Positions 27,810 to 35,347 of a stretch of 35,347 nt of DNA are shown piece by piece (position 1 is the stretch's first letter; each line of letters starts with the position of its first letter). The notes under the pieces were generated by a model. That model did no database searches and was not told the DNA's origin. It saw nothing but the letters and a program-made list of their open reading frames with translations. The position numbers and the translations under genes were made by a program. Origin of the DNA: Armatimonadota bacterium (GTDB taxonomy: Bacteria > Armatimonadota > Armatimonadia > Armatimonadales > Armatimonadaceae); the NCBI GenBank assembly GCA_043754515.1, contig JAYUUO010000166.1:1-35347 (forward strand). Reading direction: 5' to 3'.

Positions 27810-28319
27810 TTAATACAAACCTCTCCGACAAGCATCTATCAAGTTGACTATATCCCCTCCTTGTTCGACATGAGGCAATATATAGCTTCTTCCCTCTAAC
27901 TTGATATCATGGACGCGATCGTCCACCCTATCCAGTCGGCAGTTTTTTATGTCCTCTAGTTCTATGTACTCAATCTTGGTACTGTCACTAAATTGTATCA
28001 ACATTCTCCGATTCGTCAGGACGAAGTCGTTCACACATGTTGTGCCGCTAGCACCGGGACCACAGAGATTAACGGTGAAAATAAGCAGCAATGCAAAGGT
28101 GGAAAGAACCGGGACCAGAAACCACAAGTTGATATGTCGAAGGTTGAGCACCGCGTATGAAAACACAATTTTTGGATACACACAACATGTTATTTTCATT
28201 AGCTTCTGAAGACCTCTCACCTGGTAGAGTTTCACGGAGTGGAACACGTTGACAACCCGTTCGTTCCTCCGCAACTCCCCATCAACCCAGGCTGGGACAG
28301 TGGAGGCTAATTCTTTCAT
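27810..28319 (-). CDS. Low-GC hypothetical membrane protein with bacterial PH-like domain
   Basis: 'L..NERV' N-terminus, hydrophobic segments, FVLTNRRMLI motif; visibly AT-richer than flanks. Confidence 0.65.
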   Translation of the reverse strand: MKELASTVPAWVDGELRRNERVVNVFHSVKLYQVRGLQKLMKITCCVYPKIVFSYAVLNLRHINLWFLVPVLSTFALLLIFTVNLCGPGASGTTCVNDFVLTNRRMLIQFSDSTKIEYIELEDIKNCRLDRVDDRVHDIKLEGRSYILPHVEQGGDIVNLIDACRRGLY

Positions 28320-28570
28320 CAGGTGAGATCGTTCTCCCGACGGGACATCCGCATTTCGTCTGTAAATTATTGAGCCTCGCTTGGGGGTTACGCACGCGAT
28401 TTATCCGTTGGCAGGTGAAACTTACACGCCCCTATTCGTCGGCGAACTGGTCGGGCACAATCCCGTTGCCGTCCGGGAGAGTTGTTGTCGAGCCGAGGAC
28501 CTCTTACATTGTACCCTGAGCCTGCCCGACGCGTTCTTCTGAACCGGCTCAAATTCCCGGAGCGACGCGG

Positions 28571-28714
28571 CTATGGCCGCCCTGATTTCGCCTGACCGCT
28601 TCGGTGCTTCCTAACGCTCCTCCCTGGTGGCTTGACGAGCCAGATGCCGACAACGACGAACACGGCCATTACAGGAAAGAAAAGAACAGAGCCGAGCAGG
28701 TCAATAGGTCTCAT
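28571..28714 (-). CDS. Small single-pass membrane protein (47 aa), not in ORF track
   Basis: MRPIDLLGSVLFFPVMAVFVVVGIWLVKPPGRSVRKHRSGQAKSGRP*; AGGAG SD 7 nt before ATG; hydrophobic helix then basic tail. Confidence 0.6.
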   Translation of the reverse strand: MRPIDLLGSVLFFPVMAVFVVVGIWLVKPPGRSVRKHRSGQAKSGRP

Positions 28715-29085
28715 CAGTGACTCCTGTCCAAACTACCATAGTCGTTGTCCGCCGCTGTACTCTCGTCGTCGCAGTCAGAGCAGACGGGTGTCTCGATGGC
28801 CAACGCCCTCGATGTCTCAATTGACGATCTACAGCCCCGTGACTGCGTGTACCGCCCGGACCGTGCCTGCGGCGTGCTCAACTGCGCACGGCGTACTGAC
28901 ACGTCATGCCTTCCCACCACAACCGGAAAAGTTCGGGCCGAAGACGGGGACGGGGACGTGTTTCGTGATAAGAGTGCTCACGGGACTTGTGCTCGCTTTG
29001 TTGCATCGAGTATTTATACCATATCCCCATCAATAACTATGTCCCGCGCCCGCTTTCGGCCTGAGTTAAGTCGCTACCCCACTCG

Positions 29086-29180
29086 CTCTCCAACGCGAAC
29101 AATTCATCGCCCGCCCCCCGCCCTCCAACGCGAATAGCTCGTCGCCCGCTACCCGACGCAAACGCCCATCGCCCACACGC
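29086..29180. repeat. Degenerate ~35-bp tandem repeat (2 full units plus partial third)
   Basis: CTCCAACGCGAAcaattcaTCGCCCGC (29088) and CTCCAACGCGAAtagctcgTCGCCCGC (29123); ACGCAAACGCCCATCGCCC (29156). Confidence 0.7.
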
Positions 29181-29302
29181 CCTACACAGTACAGGCAGAA
29201 CAGTCTAGCCGGAGGAGCGGAAGCGGGCCGACAGCGCACGAGCGCGACTCAGCCCGCGCCGGAAACGCCGAACTTCCACCGCCAAAGGGGATACAATGCG
29301 GT

Positions 29303-31198
29303 ATGATGCGACGTTGCGTGATCACCGCGCTGTGCTTTTGGTGCCTTTTCCTTATGACTTCATCCGCCTTCTCCGAAACTCCTCCCGTTCCTCCGACCCC
29401 GGTCATTGCCGCGAACGCGCTAGAAACCGCCTCAGTCGGCGACCTCGCGAAAACCGGGGCCACCAGTAGCGTCGTCGCCGTGAGTGGGCAACCGTTTGTG
29501 AAGTCGCTTGTTGTCGTCCTCGCGAAAGCCGGGGAGATGCACAACGAGACGCAGATCCTGATCCCGACAACTGCCGTCGTGAAGAAGGGCGACCTGTTGC
29601 TGGCGTCCGCGTGGGTACGCGGCGCGGGCGCGGCGGTCGGCATCTCCGCCGAAGCGGAAATGCTGTTCATCCATTCCGCCGCCCCGTGGACTACCTCCGG
29701 CTCGGCATACCTGCGCTCCGTCGCCGGGAAGCCGGGTGAGTGGCGGCGGGTTTCCGTCCCCTTCCACGCCGCCGCCGATTACGCGCCCGGCGAGGCGAGC
29801 CTTTGTGTTCATCTCGCGTTCGCCGCGCAGACCATCGAACTCGGCGGCCTGGACGTGGTCAACTACGGCAAGACGCTGACCCTGGACGAACTGATCGGTG
29901 CCGAAGCCGCGAAAGAGCCGACCCGCGACATCCGCGTGATGCTAGACCGTAAGGCACTGAAGCAGACGATGACCGGGTTCGGAGGAAACTTCGCCATCGC
30001 CCGCTTCGGTGATCGTGAGGCGACCGATTCTGTCGGCGGCTACCTTCTGACCCACCTCCGCCCCGATCACGCGCGGATCGGAATCCCGCTTAAGACGTTC
30101 ATGAAGGCGAACGACAACTTCGACGCCGGGCACATGGCGGTGATGGATATTTACCGCCTCATGCAAACGTTGCAGGACCGCAAGATACCGTTCGTCGCCT
30201 CGGTTTGGGATGTGCCCGACTTCTGCGTCACGAACCCGGAGGCGCATGACGGCCGGCGGATCGCCCCCGACAAGCGCGACAAGGTGATCGCCGCCATCAC
30301 CGAGTGGCTACGGCTCGCGCGTCAGAAATACTCGGTCACGGTGCCGTATGTATCGTTCAACGAGGCGGAAGGCGGCTATTCCGTGTTACTGACGCCCGAG
30401 GACGCGCGGTACTTCATCACGCGGGGCGGCACGGCGTTCGCGGATCTCGCGCTCCCGACGAAGTGGATACTGGGCGACACCTCAATTGGCAAGTCATTCG
30501 TGCCATATGCGACCGCTATCGTATCTGACAAATCCGTTCTGCCGTTCCTGGGGCCTGCTTCGTTCCACGGGTGGGACGCAGCGTGGGCATCGGACGACGA
30601 CTACCGGGGCATAGCGGACTTCGCGCGCAAGTACAAGAAGCCGGTCTGGTGCCTAGAAGCGGGGTACGACCCGCAGTTGTGGCGATCCGATCCGCCGGTG
30701 TGGGGAACGTGGGGCAATGCGCTGACCCTCGCGCACGCCTACGTCCGGTACCTGACCCTCGCCGAGGCATCGCTCGTTGATTACTGGCAGTACCAGAACG
30801 ACTTCCCGCTCAGCGGCGGCGCGGACGGTACGACGCCGTATCCGTCGTTCTACATCGTGCAGACATTCGCGCATACCTTCCCGCCCCAGACGCGGATCGT
30901 CTCCACTAAAGTAATCGGGGACGGCGTGAGTATCGTCGCGGGCACCGAGGCGGGGATGGGCAAGGCGCGCTGTCTGCTCGTGAATATGGGCGGAGTGGCG
31001 ACGGTGACGATCCGGGGCGGGCGGCTGAACGCGGTCTACCAGACGGAGCGAATGGACGCCCGCGCCCTGCCGAAGAAGGACGCGCCCGCCGGGTCCGTGG
31101 CCGGACAGCACTCTGGCGGTGACACGACCGCCGACGACAAAGGGATGTTTACGATCACGCTGTCGCCGCGCTCCGTCACCACGCTCCGCGAGTTGTAG
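29303..31198 (+). CDS. Secreted clan GH-A glycoside hydrolase (GH30-like) with N-terminal CBM-like domain
   Basis: Signal peptide; QTMTGFGG, ASVWDVP, FNEA (acid/base), HGW, WCLEAG (nucleophile), YWQ, C-terminal LSPRSVTTL. Confidence 0.8.
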   Translation: MMRRCVITALCFWCLFLMTSSAFSETPPVPPTPVIAANALETASVGDLAKTGATSSVVAVSGQPFVKSLVVVLAKAGEMHNETQILIPTTAVVKKGDLLLASAWVRGAGAAVGISAEAEMLFIHSAAPWTTSGSAYLRSVAGKPGEWRRVSVPFHAAADYAPGEASLCVHLAFAAQTIELGGLDVVNYGKTLTLDELIGAEAAKEPTRDIRVMLDRKALKQTMTGFGGNFAIARFGDREATDSVGGYLLTHLRPDHARIGIPLKTFMKANDNFDAGHMAVMDIYRLMQTLQDRKIPFVASVWDVPDFCVTNPEAHDGRRIAPDKRDKVIAAITEWLRLARQKYSVTVPYVSFNEAEGGYSVLLTPEDARYFITRGGTAFADLALPTKWILGDTSIGKSFVPYATAIVSDKSVLPFLGPASFHGWDAAWASDDDYRGIADFARKYKKPVWCLEAGYDPQLWRSDPPVWGTWGNALTLAHAYVRYLTLAEASLVDYWQYQNDFPLSGGADGTTPYPSFYIVQTFAHTFPPQTRIVSTKVIGDGVSIVAGTEAGMGKARCLLVNMGGVATVTIRGGRLNAVYQTERMDARALPKKDAPAGSVAGQHSGGDTTADDKGMFTITLSPRSVTTLREL

Positions 31199-31215
31199 AA
31201 CCGGGCCGCGCCGGG

Positions 31216-32148
31216 CTACATCGCGCGGATCTCTTCGGGGGTCGGGTACTTGCCGGTGCGCTCGATCTCCAGCTGTTTGGCGCACGTGGGGTCGCGCGGG
31301 AAATGCTTCAATCCCTCCACGGCGGCCGCGTGCGCCTCCGGACGTTTGTCCTGATAGCGGTAGGAAAGAACGAGCCAGCGGTACGCGTTCTGCCACGCCT
31401 CATTCTCGTCGTCGGTCAGCGTGTGCGGGTCGCGCTTGGACGCGAGCGAGATAGCCTCAATAAGCGTGGGCGGTGCTTTTTCATACTGCCGCAACTTCGT
31501 GTCGTAAACGTGCCCGATCTCGGCCTTGATCTCGATGGACTCGGGGTTGTTGACCTCGCCCTCGCGCAGGAACGCCATCGCCTCGTCGTATTTCGAACGG
31601 TCGCGGGCGATCATGGTCGCGCCGGTGACATAGCCGGGGATGAAATGCGGGTTGCTCCGGGTCATCAGCCGGAACAGCGGCAGTGCCTCTTTCGGATCGC
31701 GGTGTGTGTGATCCGACATATCCTTGTACGGCTGTACCTCGCGTTCCACATCACCGAGCACCCCGCGCCAGTCGTCTTTCGCCGCTGGGACATCGGTGGT
31801 TTCCTGGGCGTGCTGTTTGGCACCCAGTGCTATCTCGCTCGCGTTGGTACGAACGAGAGTTACGTTGCGTTGCTTCTCGCGCGGCGTCAAGCCACGAAGC
31901 TCGATGCCGTTGTGCATATATTTGTCCACTTGTAGCCACAGGAAGTCGGCTATGGACGAACGGAATTGGCCGAAAAGCGAAGCGGCGGCTGACTTGTCCA
32001 CCTTTTCCTGGAGTTGGCCCGTCATCCCGGTCGGGCCTGACTCGATGACGGGGAGCGTGCGCGACGCGAGGCCACCGCCGATGAAGCCAGTCAGTAGCAC
32101 CGCGCCGATGCCGAGCGCGAAGTCACGGGCGACACTGTTCTGTCTCAT
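31216..32148 (-). CDS. Membrane-anchored TPR-like protein (PilG/XapA-like ABC accessory)
   Basis: N-terminal TM; LFGQFRSSIADFLWLQ; TPR-like helices (AMAFLREGEVNNPES); last gene of the ABC operon. Confidence 0.7.
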   Translation of the reverse strand: MRQNSVARDFALGIGAVLLTGFIGGGLASRTLPVIESGPTGMTGQLQEKVDKSAAASLFGQFRSSIADFLWLQVDKYMHNGIELRGLTPREKQRNVTLVRTNASEIALGAKQHAQETTDVPAAKDDWRGVLGDVEREVQPYKDMSDHTHRDPKEALPLFRLMTRSNPHFIPGYVTGATMIARDRSKYDEAMAFLREGEVNNPESIEIKAEIGHVYDTKLRQYEKAPPTLIEAISLASKRDPHTLTDDENEAWQNAYRWLVLSYRYQDKRPEAHAAAVEGLKHFPRDPTCAKQLEIERTGKYPTPEEIRAM

Positions 32149-32154
32149 GATCCT

Positions 32155-32943
32155 TTACAACGCCTGCCTTTGAAAGCGGAGGGTGCCGATGAACAGGAAC
32201 AGGACGCAATACATGGTCGCGTAAAGAAAAAGGAACCCTATCGTCCACAACGGAACCAGTGCCCAGCCGGACGCCACCTTGTTGCCCATGTCGAACAGGT
32301 TGAGTTGCGGGATGACGTAGTAGATCAGGGCGAGTAGCTTCTGCTGCGCCCCGACCGACCCGGGATACACCAGTTTAATCGCGCCCGCTAGCGTCGCCGA
32401 ACCTATCGCGAGGAGTAGCGCGATCGTGGTCGTCGCCTGGGGCGTCATGAACAGCGAGAGCATCAGGGTCATTGCGCACAGAATGCCCAGCGCGAAGGCG
32501 CGTAGCAGAAGGTACTGCACGAATATCAGCCCGAGCGAGACGTTATACACCCCGAGGCACAGGGCGCAGACGCCGCCGAACAGCAGAAGTGCCGCGACGG
32601 AAAGGGCGTAGGCACCGAGAAACTTGCCGATCACCAGGTCGGCCCGGCTGATCGGGCGCGCCAATAGCGGGTACACGGTGCGCCGCGATACCTCCTCGGC
32701 GATCTGACGCGCCGAGAACAGCACGGCGATCACGGTCGAGAGCATCCCGATAACGGTCAGCGCGACGTCCTTGTAAAATCGCTCCAACCCTTTGACGCCG
32801 AACGAACCTACGGTGGACGCGACGCCGAACAGCAGAACGCACAGGATCAGCGCGACGTAGATGTCTTTGCGCCGCACGCTTTCGAGAACAGACGCGTGCG
32901 CGAGCGCGCCCCATATTACTAGCCTGCGTTTAACGATTCCCAC
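32155..32943 (-). CDS. ABC-2 type permease (PilI-like)
   Basis: About 6 TM segments; EVSRRTVYPLLARPISRADLVIGKFLG. Confidence 0.9.
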   Translation of the reverse strand: MGIVKRRLVIWGALAHASVLESVRRKDIYVALILCVLLFGVASTVGSFGVKGLERFYKDVALTVIGMLSTVIAVLFSARQIAEEVSRRTVYPLLARPISRADLVIGKFLGAYALSVAALLLFGGVCALCLGVYNVSLGLIFVQYLLLRAFALGILCAMTLMLSLFMTPQATTTIALLLAIGSATLAGAIKLVYPGSVGAQQKLLALIYYVIPQLNLFDMGNKVASGWALVPLWTIGFLFLYATMYCVLFLFIGTLRFQRQAL

Positions 32944-33787
32944 GGTTCGCCTCCCCCGTAGTCTGCCCGGTTGACGCCCCGCCCGATTCTTCCACGACGC
33001 GGATGAAGTAGTCTTCGAGCGGCGACGTCGCCCCGGCGCGTAGTTCCTCGGTCATCACCCGTTCCTCAATCACGGTGCCGTTATTGAGAAGGATAATCCG
33101 GTCGCAGAGGAGCGCGACTTCGGACAACTCATGCGACGAGAAAAAGATCGTCGTGCCCCCCGTTTTGATCTCCTGAAGCAGCTCGCGCAGGTGCCGTCGT
33201 CCGACCGGATCAAGCCCCGACGTCACTTCGTCGAGTACCAACAGGTCCGGGGAGCCGAGCAGAGCCTGCGCGATGCCGAGCCGCTGTTGCATGCCTTTGG
33301 AGAACGTCTTGAGTTGCAGTCGCTCCTTGCCGGAAAGCCCGACGCGTCCCAGAAGGCTCATCGCTTCGGTGTCGAGCGACTTCCCGCCCAGCCCCTGTAG
33401 TTGCCCGTAAAGTCGCAGGGTTTCGAGCGGCGTCAGGAACGGATAGTAGAGGGCGACCTCGGGCAGGTACCCTATTTTGGCTTTGGCGAGGATGGACCCC
33501 GCCGGGTGCCCGAAAATGAACACGTCGCCGGATCGTGGCGTCAGGAACCCCATGACGGCCTTGATGGTGGACGATTTGCCCGCGCCGTTGGGTCCCAGGA
33601 ATCCGACCACTTCGCCGGGTGCCACCGACAGATCGAGGTTGTGGACTACCTGTCGAATCGGCGTGAACACGTCTTTCTTATAGCCGACGCACAGACTACG
33701 AATCGCGAGCGCGGGCGGTCCGCCCGAGGGGAGTGGGGGCACCAGCGGGTTCCCTTCCCCGCGCCCGGGTGTGTAAGCGGGTGTCAT
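32930..33787 (-). CDS. ABC transporter ATP-binding protein (PilH-like)
   Basis: GPNGAGKS, GYLPE, FSKGMQQRL, LVLDE, SSH; start placed at ATG 33787. Confidence 0.94.
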   Translation of the reverse strand: MTPAYTPGRGEGNPLVPPLPSGGPPALAIRSLCVGYKKDVFTPIRQVVHNLDLSVAPGEVVGFLGPNGAGKSSTIKAVMGFLTPRSGDVFIFGHPAGSILAKAKIGYLPEVALYYPFLTPLETLRLYGQLQGLGGKSLDTEAMSLLGRVGLSGKERLQLKTFSKGMQQRLGIAQALLGSPDLLVLDEVTSGLDPVGRRHLRELLQEIKTGGTTIFFSSHELSEVALLCDRIILLNNGTVIEERVMTEELRAGATSPLEDYFIRVVEESGGASTGQTTGEANRGNR

Positions 33788-33949
33788 GAGCAGATCCTCT
33801 CGGCGCGTCGGGGCCGCGTGCCAGAAATAACGTCGCACTTTCCCCGTCGCTCAGGTGTATATAGAGTGTTCATGTCGCAACTATCGTGCCACTATTTTAT
33901 CGCGCCTAACACAAGATTTTATTGACGCTGACCGGGGAGGACTTTCAGA

Positions 33950-34558
33950 ATGCGAATCACAAGGATCGGGACGGCGATTGTTACGGCAATCGTCGCGGCA
34001 GTCTCCGCCGGATGTGCCATGACGCCGGACGCCGTACAGGGGCCGCCGACCGCGCCGCCCCGAGACACACGCCCCGCCGCGACTACCATCTCCGCCAGCA
34101 CCGCCCCGCCGAAGGCGTATCCCCAGGCGAAACCGATCGGGTCTCTGGCGACGCTCGCCGGGGGCAAGGTCACCCTGGAGTCACTACGCGGCAAGGTCGT
34201 TATACTCGACTTCTGGGCGACGTGGTGCGGCCCGTGCCGGATGACGATCCCGGTGCTCGAGGAACTACACGAGAAGTACCACAACGACGGACTGACCGTG
34301 CTGGGGATCAGCGACGAGACGAAGGATGCGGTCGCGCCATTCGCCCGCCAGATAGGCATGAAGTACACGGTCGTCGCCGACCCCTTCGGCAAGGACGTTT
34401 GGGCCGTGAACTACGAGGTCGAATCGCTCCCGACCCTCGCGGTAGTTGACCGCAAAGGCAAGGTACGTCTATATGAGCAGGGCTTAGACATGACGCCCGG
34501 TGCCGGAACCCACGAGCGACTGAGCGAACTGATCCCGAAGCTACTGGCGGAGAAGTAG
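33950..34558 (+). CDS. TlpA-family thiol-disulfide oxidoreductase, lipoprotein
   Basis: Lipobox [29 protein letters not shown]. Confidence 0.93.
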   Translation: MRITRIGTAIVTAIVAAVSAGCAMTPDAVQGPPTAPPRDTRPAATTISASTAPPKAYPQAKPIGSLATLAGGKVTLESLRGKVVILDFWATWCGPCRMTIPVLEELHEKYHNDGLTVLGISDETKDAVAPFARQIGMKYTVVADPFGKDVWAVNYEVESLPTLAVVDRKGKVRLYEQGLDMTPGAGTHERLSELIPKLLAEK

Positions 34559-34561
34559 GGA

Positions 34562-35254
34562 GTGTCGGGGCCTATGCGAACGGTGCCGCTCGACGCCGTG
34601 CTGTTCGACCTTGATGGCACGCTAGTACGGACATTCATAAACTTCCCCGCGTTACGGCTCGCGGTCGTGGAGCGGGCGCGATCCCGGTTCAACGCCCCTG
34701 ACGCCGTACTCGCGATGCCCGACTCCCTGGATATCGTCGCTGCGACTCTCGCCGCGCTTCCGGCACGCGAGCGCGGCGCGGCACGCTCCGATCTCTACAG
34801 GGTGCTGAAGGAACACGAGCGGCGCGGCTGTGGGCGTCCCGAGGCGATCCCCGGAGCGACCCATCTCCTGACCCGACTCGCGGACGCGGGTATACGCGTC
34901 GCCGTGGTGACACGTAACGCGCGGGAGATAGCCGTCTCCTTGTGCGACGACATGGGACTACGTCCCGACGCGCTCATCGGGCGGGAGGACACGGAGACGT
35001 ACAAGCCACATCCCGAGCCGGTTCTGGTCGCCTGCAAACAGTTGAATGTAATCCCCGCGCGGGCGGTGGTGGTCGGGGATCTATGGGCCGATGTCGCCTC
35101 GGGAAAGGCGGCGGGCTGTGCTTTCACGATCGGCATCCAATGGGCGTATGACCCACCGGATCGTTTCGCCGATTCAGAGCCGACTCACGTGGTCGGGAGC
35201 CTTCTGGAAGCAGGCGACATCCTGCGCCGTCACGTGCCTGCGGAAACAACGTGA
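34562..35254 (+). CDS. HAD-superfamily hydrolase (phosphoglycolate phosphatase-like)
   Basis: FDLDGTL, VVTRN, KPHPEP, VGD...D motifs. Confidence 0.92.
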   Translation: MSGPMRTVPLDAVLFDLDGTLVRTFINFPALRLAVVERARSRFNAPDAVLAMPDSLDIVAATLAALPARERGAARSDLYRVLKEHERRGCGRPEAIPGATHLLTRLADAGIRVAVVTRNAREIAVSLCDDMGLRPDALIGREDTETYKPHPEPVLVACKQLNVIPARAVVVGDLWADVASGKAAGCAFTIGIQWAYDPPDRFADSEPTHVVGSLLEAGDILRRHVPAETT

Positions 35255-35261
35255 AAACATT

Positions 35262-35335
35262 TCCAACAAAAAAGTAAAAAAGATATTGGGAAAGCCTTGA
35301 CAGGTGGTTGTGGGGGCGGTAACATACCCCTTGTC
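35262..35335 (+). promoter_or_regulatory. Strong sigma70 promoter with UP element (rRNA/tRNA operon-like)
   Basis: A-tracts 35266-35281, TTGACA 35297-35302, 17 bp, TAACAT 35320-35325, C-rich discriminator ACCCC. Confidence 0.7.
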
Positions 35336-35347
35336 GCCGGTCGGAAG

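Noticed and set aside
28745..29137. MANALDVSIDDL resembling the end of an XRE helix-turn-helix
   Set aside because: Upstream frame has stops and lacks the preceding HTH helices; at best an unrecognisable remnant
29086..29180. CRISPR array interpretation of the 35-bp repeat
   Set aside because: Units are adjacent with no unique spacers, only 2-3 degenerate copies, no cas genes
1..35347. Genome-wide TAG reassignment (alternative genetic code)
   Set aside because: TAG ends full-length genes at expected positions (1209, 4103, 17888, 31198, 34558); only one internal TAG was found

Overview
GC-rich bacterial chromosomal window, most likely Armatimonadota (inferred from two DUF1559/H-X9-DG prepilin-like genes, a DUF4058 gene and lineage-typical hypothetical proteins). 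It mixes housekeeping genes (yajQ, rimO, PBP1A, mrdA/PBP2, ispG, TlpA, HAD) with accessory genes: a GAF-GGDEF-EAL protein, a probable outer-membrane beta-barrel, a cellobiose 2-epimerase-like enzyme, a clan GH-A glycoside hydrolase and a PilGHI/Xap-like ABC module. The most notable observation is an XhoI/PaeR7I-type restriction-modification pair whose methyltransferase is interrupted by a single in-frame TAG (9792-9794) just before the conserved VGIGVATG motif, while the endonuclease ORF is open. Other leads: candidate structured RNAs near the c-di-GMP gene, a consensus promoter followed at once by a terminator-like hairpin before rimO, a degenerate HD-like protein in the PBP operon, a multi-wHTH protein, a 47-aa membrane protein missing from the ORF track, a 35-bp degenerate tandem repeat and an rrn-like promoter at the right end. 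No tRNA, rRNA, CRISPR array or transposase was seen. Family assignments rest on motif recognition by eye, not database searches.
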